This document shows positions 33,207-42,609 of a stretch of 64,000 nt of DNA, piece after piece. The notes under the pieces were generated by a model. That model was given only the letters and a program-made list of their open reading frames with translations, searched no databases and was not told where the DNA came from. The stretch comes from an uncultured Rickettsia sp. (GTDB lineage: Bacteria > Pseudomonadota > Alphaproteobacteria > Rickettsiales > JABSSG01): contig CAZEVK010000001.1 in NCBI GenBank assembly GCA_964515755.1, positions 64,962 through 128,961 of the forward strand, written 5' to 3'. The position numbers and the translations under genes are program-made. The first letter of the stretch is position 1. The number at the start of each line of letters is the position of its first letter.

Positions 33207-33605
33207 ATGAATCTAACAAAAGAATATGTGTATAAAATCTTTAGTTTTTTAGAAAAAAGTCAAAATAAAGAATTTTTTAACAATGTCGCAGAAAATGTGA
33301 AATGGACAGTTATGGGTACACACCCATCGGCTGGTGTATAAAATAGTAAATCTGCATTTATTGCAGCAACTTTTGATAAACTTGCCAAAGTATTAGAAGA
33401 AGGTGTTGTTTTAAAAATTGATAATATACTAATTAGCGAACCATTTGCTATTGTTGAAATGCACGCACTATCACATGTTAAAGATGATGGAAACTTCAAT
33501 AATACTTATTGCTGGATTACCAAATTTAAAGAAGGTACAATTATAGAAGTTAGGGCTTATCTAGATTCTGCTCTTGTTGCTAAAGTAATGAGCTTACAAA
33601 CCTAA
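33207..33605 (+). pseudogene. SnoaL/NTF2-like (ketosteroid-isomerase-like) protein gene with an in-frame TAA at codon 45; absent from the ORF track
   Basis: Hand translation gives MNLTKEYVYKIFSFLEKSQNKEFFNNVAENVKWTVMGTHPSAGV*NSKSAFIAATFDKLAKVLEEGVVLKIDNILISEPFAIVEMHALSHVKDDGNFNNTYCWITKFKEGTIIEVRAYLDSALVAKVMSLQT*. The stop is at 33339-33341, where family members typically have Tyr (TAT/TAC). Confidence 0.7.
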
Positions 33606-33660
33606 AAAATATTTTCACGGTTTCGTAAAATAAAAAGCTAGAGAATACTAAAAGCTCAGT

Positions 33661-33912
33661 TTACTCAGAATCAGGATCAACTCCCATTAAATCACACAGC
33701 TCATGGGCAACTGGCCAATCACCTACATATTCACATGCTTGTTTAGGAAGTTCAAATTTGTAGCTTAGTGCAAGCACCGTTCCACTAAATACCGCATATT
33801 GTATAGGTTTTGGTAACATAGGAATTACTGCGGCTAAAAAAGCGGTAGCAGTAGTAATTACAAACACTTGACTTTGACATACAGGCTTATTACACCCACA
33901 ATTCGCGACCAT
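33661..33912 (-). CDS. Small hypothetical membrane protein (83 aa, Cys-rich N-terminus CGCNKPVC)
   Basis: ORF with one or two hydrophobic helices. No recognisable family and a weak RBS context. Confidence 0.35.
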   Translation of the reverse strand: MVANCGCNKPVCQSQVFVITTATAFLAAVIPMLPKPIQYAVFSGTVLALSYKFELPKQACEYVGDWPVAHELCDLMGVDPDSE

Positions 33913-34026
33913 ATAGACTCTCCTTCATTAAATTTGCAAGGTTATTTTTAGCCTATAATATGCTACTGTCAAGAAAAAGTCCTAGTGCTATACTAATAGC
34001 ACAAAGGCTTTTTCATAATTGAATAA

Positions 34027-35232
34027 TTAAGCTTCCTGATCTACGACTTTAGTAACGCAAATATCTGACCACACATTAAGTGAAGTTTCAATCATATCTA
34101 TAATACTATAAAAAGGTAGAATTATACCTAATAATGCTAAATCCATACCCATAGTTGAGAGCAGACTGGCGCTTAGAAAAAAACATCCCATAGGTACACC
34201 TGCATTTCCTATAGCCGCAATAACTGCTATAGCTAACCAGCCTAACATCGTCAATAGGTTTAATTCTACTCCATGGCTCTTGAGCACAAATAGCACAGTG
34301 GCAAGAATAAATGCTGCACAACCATTCATGTTAATAGTCGTGCATAATGGCAAAACAAAGTTAGCAACTTTATGTTTTATACCTAATCTTTGTTCTGCGC
34401 ATTGAATCGTTACTGGCAAAGTAGTAGCAGAGGATTTCGAAAAAAAGGCAAGTGATAAAGCAGGTAACGCTCCTTTAAATGTATTATAAGGAGAAATCTT
34501 ATTTTTAACTAACAATAAAGGTAATACTACAACTCCTTGGATTAAATTAGCGGCCACCACCACGACTAAATAGCTACCTACCCCAGACAAATTTAACCCC
34601 ATCTTGAAATCCTTCACCATAATAGTTACAAAACCATATAACACTATTGGAATTAATTTGATCATATATTTAGTAAAAAATATAAAAATTCCATGCAATC
34701 CCTTGAACATATCTTTTAAAACATTAGCTTGTTCTTTGGTTGGAATATTTCTCACTGCAATCCCTAGTAGGATAGAAATCATCAATACACCAAACACATT
34801 ATGTTCTAAAAAAGGCTGGAATATACTTGAAGGAATAATCTTAGCCAAATGTTCATAGTAACCGCCTGTTTGATTAGTAACCAAAGTAGTGTCTTGATGT
34901 AAATCAGTCAGGTTAGGAACTTCCGGGTTAATTGCCATAAATAATATTAGGGCAACAAGAGCAGCCATTATCGTAGTACTAATAGTATAAGCTATCACTC
35001 TTTTACCAAGCTTTTTCATACTATTACCACTTTCGTAACCAGTAATAGTTACAATCAATGATAGGCTAATTAAAGGGAGGCTAATAAACTTAAATAATTT
35101 AATAGTAATGTCGCTAATAATCAGCGCTAATTTATGCAAAAATTCCAAATTCGTTGCACCGCTAATAATACCAAAAGTTATAGCTATTAAATAAAAAATA
35201 ATTGGCCTTAGATGTTGTTCGTGATCACACAT
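34027..35232 (-). CDS. Dicarboxylate/amino acid:cation symporter (DAACS/GltP family)
   Basis: Polytopic protein with characteristic FFSKSSATTLPVT, TTINMNGCAAF and AAIGNAGVP motifs. Confidence 0.85.
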   Translation of the reverse strand: MCDHEQHLRPIIFYLIAITFGIISGATNLEFLHKLALIISDITIKLFKFISLPLISLSLIVTITGYESGNSMKKLGKRVIAYTISTTIMAALVALILFMAINPEVPNLTDLHQDTTLVTNQTGGYYEHLAKIIPSSIFQPFLEHNVFGVLMISILLGIAVRNIPTKEQANVLKDMFKGLHGIFIFFTKYMIKLIPIVLYGFVTIMVKDFKMGLNLSGVGSYLVVVVAANLIQGVVVLPLLLVKNKISPYNTFKGALPALSLAFFSKSSATTLPVTIQCAEQRLGIKHKVANFVLPLCTTINMNGCAAFILATVLFVLKSHGVELNLLTMLGWLAIAVIAAIGNAGVPMGCFFLSASLLSTMGMDLALLGIILPFYSIIDMIETSLNVWSDICVTKVVDQEA

Positions 35233-35283
35233 ATTATTTACCTTTACAAGGGGGTTATTATTAAAATTTATAAAACTGATTTT

Positions 35284-35317
35284 GAAAAAACAAGATTTTA
35301 CCGGATGTTAGCCGGTA
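35284..35317 (-). terminator. Candidate rho-independent terminator downstream of mrdA
   Basis: On the minus strand, TACCGG-CTAACAT-CCGGTA (6-bp GC-containing stem) is followed by AAAATCTTGTTTTTTC. Confidence 0.4.
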
Positions 35318-35434
35318 CAGAGATTAACATGAAAAACAGATAAGAACATAAGATAAACAATATTTTAATTGTCAGACCTTAATATACAGTAAAAAGTAAT
35401 TTTTGTAAAGATAAAGATTCAGTTAAATAGCATT

Positions 35435-37222
35435 TTATAGTTCCTGAACTTTGGTCATGATATCTCTAGCCATTGGCGCAGCTTTGACTGAACCCCAACC
35501 ACCATGATCAACAATTATAGCGCAAGAATATTTTGGATTATGCACTGGCGCAAAACCAGTAAAAATAGAGTGACTACGTAAATGTTTTGGAATTGACCCG
35601 CTATTTTCAGCAGTGTCTTTTGAAATTACTTGTGCAGTACCAGTTTTACCTGCCAGCATATATTCCGGAGCAATAATTCTGTTATTAAAACCAGTACCTT
35701 TTCGATTATTTATAACATTTTCCAAACCATTTCTGACAAATTTCAAGTGTTTATTATCTATATCTAAATCTTTAAAATCCGAATTTATAATTTCTTTTTG
35801 ACCCACATTTGTTACCAACCTTGGTAAAACTTTACGACCAGAAGCAACCCTTGCCATCATAGTTGCTAGTTGCAATGGCGTAACTAAAACATAACCTTGT
35901 CCAACACATGCATTAACAGTATCGTATACAAACCAGCTCTCGTTACGCGTTTTTTTCTTCCAAACTTGATTTGGGTTCACTCCCGATAACTCTCCAGGTA
36001 AAGATATACCAGTTTTATTACCTAAACCAAGAGAATCAGCTATGTAGTGGATAGAGTCTATGCCGGCTTTTAATCCCATAACATAAAAGTAACAATTGCA
36101 AGAACCCATAATCGCTTCATGCAAATTAACATGTCCATGACCACCTTTTTTCCAACATTTATATGTATGCCCATTGATAGCAACGGCACCATCGCAATAA
36201 ACTTTTTGTTGCCAGTCTAAACCTTTGCGCAAAATAGCTAAAGCAACTGCAATTTTAAAAGTCGATCCTGGAGGATATAGCTTAGTGGTAGACTTATTAG
36301 TCAAAGGCAACGACTTATGACTATTGATTTCAGACCATTCAGTTTCGGAAATTCCACGCGAAAACATGTTAGGATTGAAAGCAGGTGTTGAAACCATCGA
36401 CAAAACGTTACCATTAGTCACATCCATAACTACAACTGCTGCCCACTCATCTTTAATAGTTTCAGCAACATATTCTTGCAAATTTTTATCAATCGTTAAC
36501 TTTAAATCTGTACCTGGCTTACTAGCTTGCTCAGATAATTCTCGTACTATAGCTCGATAAGCATTAACCTCTACTTTTTTAATACCAAATTCACCTATTA
36601 ACTCTTTCTCATAAGTTTTTTCTATACCATCCTTACCAATTTTAAAATCTTTGTGCCTTGATAAATTATAAGCTTCAATTTCAAAATCGTTTGGAACACC
36701 CATATAACCAAGTACATGAGCAAACATGTCATTAAATACATACTCTCTAATCAATCCCTTATTTATATAAGCTCCTTTAAACTCATATGAAATTTCTTCA
36801 AATTTACATACATCTTTCCATGGTAAATAATCTACAATCACAATAGGCCTAAAATACTGCGCCATTTGCATCTTCTTAAGAATAATTTGCTTGTTAACTT
36901 CGCTCCATTGCAATGTTTGAGCTAATTTATCAAATAGAAAATTAACATCCGTATCTTTCTTTTTATATAAAACTAGCTTATAATTATTTTTACTAATCGC
37001 TAGCTCCACATTTTTTCTATCTAAGATCTTGCCACGCTCCGGCTCAATAAAGATGACATTAATGCTATTTTGGTCAGAGAGAGTTTTATAATCTCGAGCC
37101 TTTATAATTTGTAAAAAAAACATTCTGCAAGTAAAAATAAATAAAACAATGCCATTAAACACCGTCAAAATAAATACTCTACGAGAAAATATATTTAGCT
37201 TTGATGACTGATTATTACGCAT
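35435..37222 (-). CDS. mrdA: Penicillin-binding protein 2 (elongasome transpeptidase)
   Basis: N-terminal TM helix, PBP dimerisation domain, and transpeptidase motifs STFK (PPGSTFKI), SCN (GSCNCY) and KTGTAQ. Confidence 0.9.
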   Translation of the reverse strand: MRNNQSSKLNIFSRRVFILTVFNGIVLFIFTCRMFFLQIIKARDYKTLSDQNSINVIFIEPERGKILDRKNVELAISKNNYKLVLYKKKDTDVNFLFDKLAQTLQWSEVNKQIILKKMQMAQYFRPIVIVDYLPWKDVCKFEEISYEFKGAYINKGLIREYVFNDMFAHVLGYMGVPNDFEIEAYNLSRHKDFKIGKDGIEKTYEKELIGEFGIKKVEVNAYRAIVRELSEQASKPGTDLKLTIDKNLQEYVAETIKDEWAAVVVMDVTNGNVLSMVSTPAFNPNMFSRGISETEWSEINSHKSLPLTNKSTTKLYPPGSTFKIAVALAILRKGLDWQQKVYCDGAVAINGHTYKCWKKGGHGHVNLHEAIMGSCNCYFYVMGLKAGIDSIHYIADSLGLGNKTGISLPGELSGVNPNQVWKKKTRNESWFVYDTVNACVGQGYVLVTPLQLATMMARVASGRKVLPRLVTNVGQKEIINSDFKDLDIDNKHLKFVRNGLENVINNRKGTGFNNRIIAPEYMLAGKTGTAQVISKDTAENSGSIPKHLRSHSIFTGFAPVHNPKYSCAIIVDHGGWGSVKAAPMARDIMTKVQEL

Positions 37223-37712
37223 TGAGTTGATTAATTTTACATTTATTTACAATTACATCGAATACATGATGCATAACAGGATATAGTAAACAAGAAAAAT
37301 ACCATCCAAAAAATAATGGTAAAAGCTGCGGTAATGAATAAGAGAAAAACTGACATAAGATAAAGGACAGTAATAAAACAACATACAACAAACTTAAAAC
37401 AAAGCCAATCCAGATAACATTAAAAGGCTTGTTAAATAAAAATCTTTTATAGTACCCTACAATTAACCAGTACATTACAAGAAACAAGGCATTCAAGCCA
37501 AGAGGAAAGCCAAACATAACATCCTGAAATATTCCTATAATAAATATAGATAATACTGGCAGTGTTTTAGGAAAAAACAAAAACCAATAATAGATAATAA
37601 TAAGAGTATAAAATGGCGTGAAGCCTCCAAAAGAAAGAAAATTATGCGGCACTGTTAAAATAAAACTAACTAGCAGCAACAATAAAAATGGTATAGCTAA
37701 TTTAAAATTCAT
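37215..37712 (-). CDS. mreD: Rod shape-determining protein MreD
   Basis: 165-aa polytopic protein with GIFQDVMFGFPLGLNAL, typical of MreD. Overlaps the mrdA start by 8 nt. Confidence 0.75.
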   Translation of the reverse strand: MNFKLAIPFLLLLLVSFILTVPHNFLSFGGFTPFYTLIIIYYWFLFFPKTLPVLSIFIIGIFQDVMFGFPLGLNALFLVMYWLIVGYYKRFLFNKPFNVIWIGFVLSLLYVVLLLSFILCQFFSYSLPQLLPLFFGWYFSCLLYPVMHHVFDVIVNKCKINQLNA

Positions 37713-37782
37713 AATGATTTAGGTAATATATTAATATATGATTAAATGATATATTTTATTTATTTTAACAAGAGGTTTTTAC

Positions 37783-38487
37783 TTGAAAAGCATTTTAAAG
37801 TATTTTTTTGGTGCATCGTGGGTACAATACGTTATTAGCTTCTTAATATATCTTTATTTACAACTAGTATATTACACTAGTAAAAAACAAATTATTTATG
37901 AAAAAGGTTTCGATTATAAAAAATTTACCACTAACCCAGCAATTTATGCATTCTGGCATAATAGGTTAGCGATGATGCCTTTTGCACGTCCCAAGAAAGT
38001 TAAAGTAAATGTATTAATTTCTGATCATCGGGATGGCAAAATCATAGCTAAGACTATGAAAATATTTAACTTCAATATTATCTCAGGCTCTTCAACTAGA
38101 AATAGCTATAACGCCATAAAAAACATCATTAAGTTTAGCAAGCTTAATCAAACAATCGTTATCACGCCGGATGGGCCAAAAGGACCAAAAAATCAAATTA
38201 ATAGCAATATTGTAGCAATCAGTAGTTTGTGCCAAAAATATATAGTCCCAGTGACTTATTCCTGCTCAAAAGCATTTATATTGAAAAGCTGGGATAGGTT
38301 AATTATACCAAAACTATTTAATAAGCTTATTATTATTTATGGCACACCGCTTAAGCCAGAAAAAAAATTAAATGAACAGCAAATTGAAAAATTAAATAAT
38401 CAGCTTGCAACAAAACTAAATTATATTACTAATAAATCTGACTCTATTACACATTTAAAACAAAATGCCAATGCTACTGATATATAA
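37783..38487 (+). CDS. DUF374-domain (lysophospholipid acyltransferase-like) protein
   Basis: FWHNRLAMMPF..SDHRDGKIIAKTM..SGSSTR..ITPDGPKGP motifs. Its position directly upstream of waaA is common in alphaproteobacteria. TTG start. Confidence 0.75.
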   Translation: MKSILKYFFGASWVQYVISFLIYLYLQLVYYTSKKQIIYEKGFDYKKFTTNPAIYAFWHNRLAMMPFARPKKVKVNVLISDHRDGKIIAKTMKIFNFNIISGSSTRNSYNAIKNIIKFSKLNQTIVITPDGPKGPKNQINSNIVAISSLCQKYIVPVTYSCSKAFILKSWDRLIIPKLFNKLIIIYGTPLKPEKKLNEQQIEKLNNQLATKLNYITNKSDSITHLKQNANATDI

Positions 38488-39727
38488 TGTATTAAATATT
38501 TTATTATTGCCACTATGGGTACTGTACCTTTTATATCGTGCAATTAAAGGTAAAGAGGAATTATCAAGAGTAAAGGAAAAATTTGGTATAGCTTCAATTT
38601 CAGCTCCAAAAAATAAAAGTCTTATATGGATACACGTAGCCAGCGTTGGTGAGACAATGTCAATTTTAACTCTTATTGACAAGCTTAAAATTAAATTACC
38701 CTCTTACCAAATACTTCTAACTTCAGGTACAGTAGCATCAGCCAAAATAATCAAAGATAAATTAAAAGATATTGTGATACATCAATACTTACCGCTGGAT
38801 AATTATATATGCATTAATTTATTCCTAAATTATTGGCGACCAAAATTAGTCTTATTTGTTGAATCCGAATTCTGGCCATCGATCATCTCAGAATCTGCAA
38901 AAAGAAGTAAAGTTATTTCAGTAAACTCTAGACTCTCTCCGCGATCATGCGAAAATTGGCGTAGATATCCTGCATTTATCAAGCCAATCACAGATTCTAT
39001 AAGTCTTTTTATGGCACAAAGTCTTAATGATATGGAGAGACTAAAGCTCATCGGAGCAAAAAATACCATTTATCTTGGTAATTTAAAATACTGTACCAAT
39101 AATAAAGCTATTGATAACAAATCATTATTAAAATTAAAAAGATTATTTAAAGGACGAGAAATCTTTTTAGCTGCCAGCACACATGAAGGTGAAGATAGAA
39201 TAATTGCCGAAATTTATTATCACTTAAAAAAACAAAATAAAAAATTATTACTAATTATTGCACCTAGACACCCAATTCGCGGTAAAAAAATAAAACAAAT
39301 GCTGGAAGATGAACTTAACTTAAAAACTTCTACTAGATCTATAAATGAAAAAGTTACAAGTGATACTGATATCTATTTAGCTGACACTATAGGTGAGCTT
39401 AATTATTTTTATAGTATTGCGCCAATTTCAATTGTAGGAGGAAGCTTTGTTCCAATTGGTGGGCATAACATAATTGAACCAGCAAAGTTAGGATCAGCTA
39501 TCATAGTAGGCCCATATCATTTTAATTTTCAAGAAATATGTGATGAATTTGAAGAAAAGCATGCAATACAGCTTGTGCAAAATAAAGAAGAATGTATTGC
39601 CGCTGTTGAAAAATTACTTAAAAACCCAAAGCAATTAAAATTATATACTAATAATGCCGCTAAAATAGTTGCAACTAAAAATAAAACATTAGATAAAGTA
39701 CTAAAGAAAATTTTAACATTTATCTGA
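38465..39727 (+). CDS. waaA: 3-deoxy-D-manno-octulosonic acid (Kdo) transferase
   Basis: N-terminal membrane anchor, IWIHVASVGE motif, and a GT30 C-terminal half (GGSFVPIGGHNIIEPA). Confidence 0.9.
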   Translation: MPMLLIYNVLNILLLPLWVLYLLYRAIKGKEELSRVKEKFGIASISAPKNKSLIWIHVASVGETMSILTLIDKLKIKLPSYQILLTSGTVASAKIIKDKLKDIVIHQYLPLDNYICINLFLNYWRPKLVLFVESEFWPSIISESAKRSKVISVNSRLSPRSCENWRRYPAFIKPITDSISLFMAQSLNDMERLKLIGAKNTIYLGNLKYCTNNKAIDNKSLLKLKRLFKGREIFLAASTHEGEDRIIAEIYYHLKKQNKKLLLIIAPRHPIRGKKIKQMLEDELNLKTSTRSINEKVTSDTDIYLADTIGELNYFYSIAPISIVGGSFVPIGGHNIIEPAKLGSAIIVGPYHFNFQEICDEFEEKHAIQLVQNKEECIAAVEKLLKNPKQLKLYTNNAAKIVATKNKTLDKVLKKILTFI

Positions 39728-39734
39728 GTAAAGT

Positions 39735-40703
39735 ATGTTGTTTAAGACTCCAAAATTCTGGCAAACCAACAACTTTCTATCGTATATTCTAACACCACTA
39801 TCTTGGATTTATATAATTGTACATAAAACGAATATAGCTTTTCAAACTCCAAAGAAATTCAATAAAAAGATTATTTGTATTGGCAATATTACAGTTGGTG
39901 GTTCTGGAAAAACTCCATCCGCAATTACTTTATGTGAATTATTAAAAAAGATGGGATTAAACTCTGTTTTTGCTAGTAAAAACTATGTAGGGAAAAATAC
40001 AGAAGCAAAATTAATAAATTTAACCAAAGATAAAGCCAGTGAAGTTTCTGATGAGCCTTTACTATTAGCGAAAACTGCACTTTCATTTACAGCAAAAGAT
40101 CGTATTGAAGCTATTAGCTTTGCCTGCGCAAATAGCAATGAAAATATTATTATTGTTGATGACGGATTACAAAACAACCGTTTCTTAGCTGATATAAAAA
40201 TATTAGTAATTGACAGCCAAATACAATTTGGTAATAAAAAATATTTACCTGCCGGGCCATTGCGTGAATCAATTAGTAATATAAATAAAGTAGATTTCAT
40301 TTTCCAAATTGGGAGAAATAAAAATAGTATCAAAGAGCTTTCTAATTTTAAAGAAAAAATCTTTATCCTTACCCCTGCTTATAAAATAATAAAAATTCCT
40401 AAAAAAAAGTATATAGCATTTAGCGGAATTGCTTATCCAAATAAATTTTTCAATGCCTTAAAACAATTAAAAATTGATGTCATTAGAGAAATTAGCTTTC
40501 CAGATCATTATCTATATAGTGATCAGGATTTAAAAAAATTAGAAGTAATAGCGAAAGAAAACTCAGCTCTCCTGATTACAACCGAAAAAGATTATGTTAG
40601 AATACCTAATCAAAAAAATATACACACACTTATAATGACCTTAAAATTTGATAAAGAACAAGATTTTATAAAAATACTTAAGAAAAAGCTAAATACTAAA
40701 TGA
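39735..40703 (+). CDS. lpxK: Tetraacyldisaccharide 4'-kinase
   Basis: P-loop GNITVGGSGKTP and DDGLQN motif. Confidence 0.9.
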   Translation: MLFKTPKFWQTNNFLSYILTPLSWIYIIVHKTNIAFQTPKKFNKKIICIGNITVGGSGKTPSAITLCELLKKMGLNSVFASKNYVGKNTEAKLINLTKDKASEVSDEPLLLAKTALSFTAKDRIEAISFACANSNENIIIVDDGLQNNRFLADIKILVIDSQIQFGNKKYLPAGPLRESISNINKVDFIFQIGRNKNSIKELSNFKEKIFILTPAYKIIKIPKKKYIAFSGIAYPNKFFNALKQLKIDVIREISFPDHYLYSDQDLKKLEVIAKENSALLITTEKDYVRIPNQKNIHTLIMTLKFDKEQDFIKILKKKLNTK

Positions 40704-41587
40704 AAACCATTCATCATTATTTTGAATTTTTACTATTTCTAGGCCTACTAAAATTAGTTAGAGCATTAAAAATTGACCGTGCTTCTTGTTTGTTTGGTAA
40801 AATTGGAAGAACCATTGGCCCATGGCTATCAGTTTCAAACATAGCTAAAAAAAATATTGCTATTGCATTTCCAGAAATTTCTCCCTTAAAAACAAAACAA
40901 ATAATAATAGGCATGTGGGATAATCTTGCCAGAGCTGCTGCAGAAATGCCAAATATATCATTATTAAGTGAAGAAGAATTTCACAAAAAAGTAACTATTA
41001 TTGGAAAAGAATATTTAGAAGAAGTAAAAAGATCTGGTAAATCATGCATATTCTTTACCGGGCATTTTGCAAATTGGGAGCTAGCTTCCAGAGTTGGTTA
41101 TGATACTGACTTAAAGCTATCAATTATATACAGAAAGGCCAATAATAAATTAGTTGATGAAAAAATTCATAGCTTCCGAAAAAATTTAGATATAACTCTA
41201 ATTCCTAAGGGTCAAGGTGGTATTAAAGATATTATTAGAGCATTTAAGCAAAATCGCTGTATATGCTTTTTACCAGACCAAAAACTAAATAATGGAATAG
41301 AAGTTCCTTTTTTTGGTATTAATGCAATGACAGCCACTGCACCAGCAAAATTAACTTTAGACTATCAATGCCCTATAATTCCTGTACAAGTAATTCGCAC
41401 AAAAGGCGCTAATTTTATTGTTAAAGTCCACAAACCTTTAAAAATAAATTATGATCAAAATAATTCTCAAGAAATATATAGAATTATGCGCGAAATAAAT
41501 TATATTTATGAGCAATGGATAAAAGAGAACCCCGAACAATGGTTTTGGGTCCATAAAAGATGGCCAAATAATCATTATAAAAATTAA
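40700..41587 (+). CDS. lpxL: Lipid A biosynthesis lauroyl/late acyltransferase (LpxL/HtrB family)
   Basis: HFANWE catalytic motif and ending EQWFWVHKRW. 4-nt overlap with lpxK. Confidence 0.8.
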   Translation: MKTIHHYFEFLLFLGLLKLVRALKIDRASCLFGKIGRTIGPWLSVSNIAKKNIAIAFPEISPLKTKQIIIGMWDNLARAAAEMPNISLLSEEEFHKKVTIIGKEYLEEVKRSGKSCIFFTGHFANWELASRVGYDTDLKLSIIYRKANNKLVDEKIHSFRKNLDITLIPKGQGGIKDIIRAFKQNRCICFLPDQKLNNGIEVPFFGINAMTATAPAKLTLDYQCPIIPVQVIRTKGANFIVKVHKPLKINYDQNNSQEIYRIMREINYIYEQWIKENPEQWFWVHKRWPNNHYKN

Positions 41588-41600
41588 ATGAGGCGTATTT

Positions 41601-42428
41601 ATGAAAGATACTGAAAAAGTAATATCAGGTAATTTACTAGCTGGTAAACGTGGATTAATTATGGGCGTAGCCAATGATAAGTCTATTGCTTGGGGGATGG
41701 CCGAAGCAGCTCATGCACAAGGAGCTGAACTGGCATACACTTATCAAGGTGAAGTGCTAAAAAAAAGAGTCGAACCTTTAGCTGCAAAAACAGATTCTCA
41801 TTTATTATATGAATGTGATGTTACTAGCGAATCAAGCCTTGATCGTTTATTTGATGATTTAAAGAAAAAATGGGGCCAATTAGATTTTGTTATTCATGCA
41901 ATTGCTTTTTCTAATAAAGATGAACTTAAAGGTAATTATATGGACGTAACTTTACAAAACTTCCTCAATACTATGCATATTTCTTGCTACTCATTCACAG
42001 CTGTAGCAAAAAGAGCTTCTGAAATGATGAATACAGGCGGCAGCTTGATCACACTTACTTACTATGGTGCAGAAAAAGTTATGCCTAATTATAACGTAAT
42101 GGGTGTGGCAAAAGCAGCACTTGAAGCAAGTGTTAAATATTTAGCTGTAGATCTTGGACCAAATAACATCCGTGTAAACGCAATTTCAGCAGGTCCTATT
42201 AGAACATTGGCTGCAGCTGGAATTGGCGATTTTAGGTATATATTACAATGGAATGAATATAACGCCCCAATGCGCCGCACTGTTACAACTCAAGAAGTCG
42301 GAAAAGCCGGTGTTTTCTTGATTAGTGACTTATCTTCTGCCACTACAGGCCAGATATTATATGTTGATGCTGGGTATAATGTAATTGGTATGAAGGCTGT
42401 TGATGCTCCTGATATTTCAACAGTATAA
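41601..42428 (+). CDS. fabI: Enoyl-[acyl-carrier-protein] reductase (NADH) FabI
   Basis: GKRGLIMGVANDKSIAWG, YNVMGVAKAALEASVKYLA and ISAGPIRTLAA motifs. Confidence 0.95.
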   Translation: MKDTEKVISGNLLAGKRGLIMGVANDKSIAWGMAEAAHAQGAELAYTYQGEVLKKRVEPLAAKTDSHLLYECDVTSESSLDRLFDDLKKKWGQLDFVIHAIAFSNKDELKGNYMDVTLQNFLNTMHISCYSFTAVAKRASEMMNTGGSLITLTYYGAEKVMPNYNVMGVAKAALEASVKYLAVDLGPNNIRVNAISAGPIRTLAAAGIGDFRYILQWNEYNAPMRRTVTTQEVGKAGVFLISDLSSATTGQILYVDAGYNVIGMKAVDAPDISTV

Positions 42429-42609
42429 TTTCAAAATAACATGCAAATAACTTAATATTAACAAATAATTTGCATATTACAGAAATTTTAAAATCTCTAT
42501 CTCGCCTTAAGCAAACTATTATTAATAGTCTAAATATTTTCTAAAATAGCTATTGCTTATTAAAAAATATTTTCTATAAATTGTTATAAATTTTTAACTA
42601 AATAGTTAC

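Noticed and set aside
33260-33499. Minus-strand 79-aa ORF
   Set aside because: It is antisense to a recognisable SnoaL/NTF2-like coding sequence on the plus strand, and it appears only because that gene is interrupted by a stop.
42432-42480. Nested palindrome ATGCAAAT...TTAATATTAA...ATTTGCAT downstream of fabI as a terminator
   Set aside because: The loop is long (19 nt), the stem is AT-rich and there is no following T tract, so intrinsic-terminator features are lacking.
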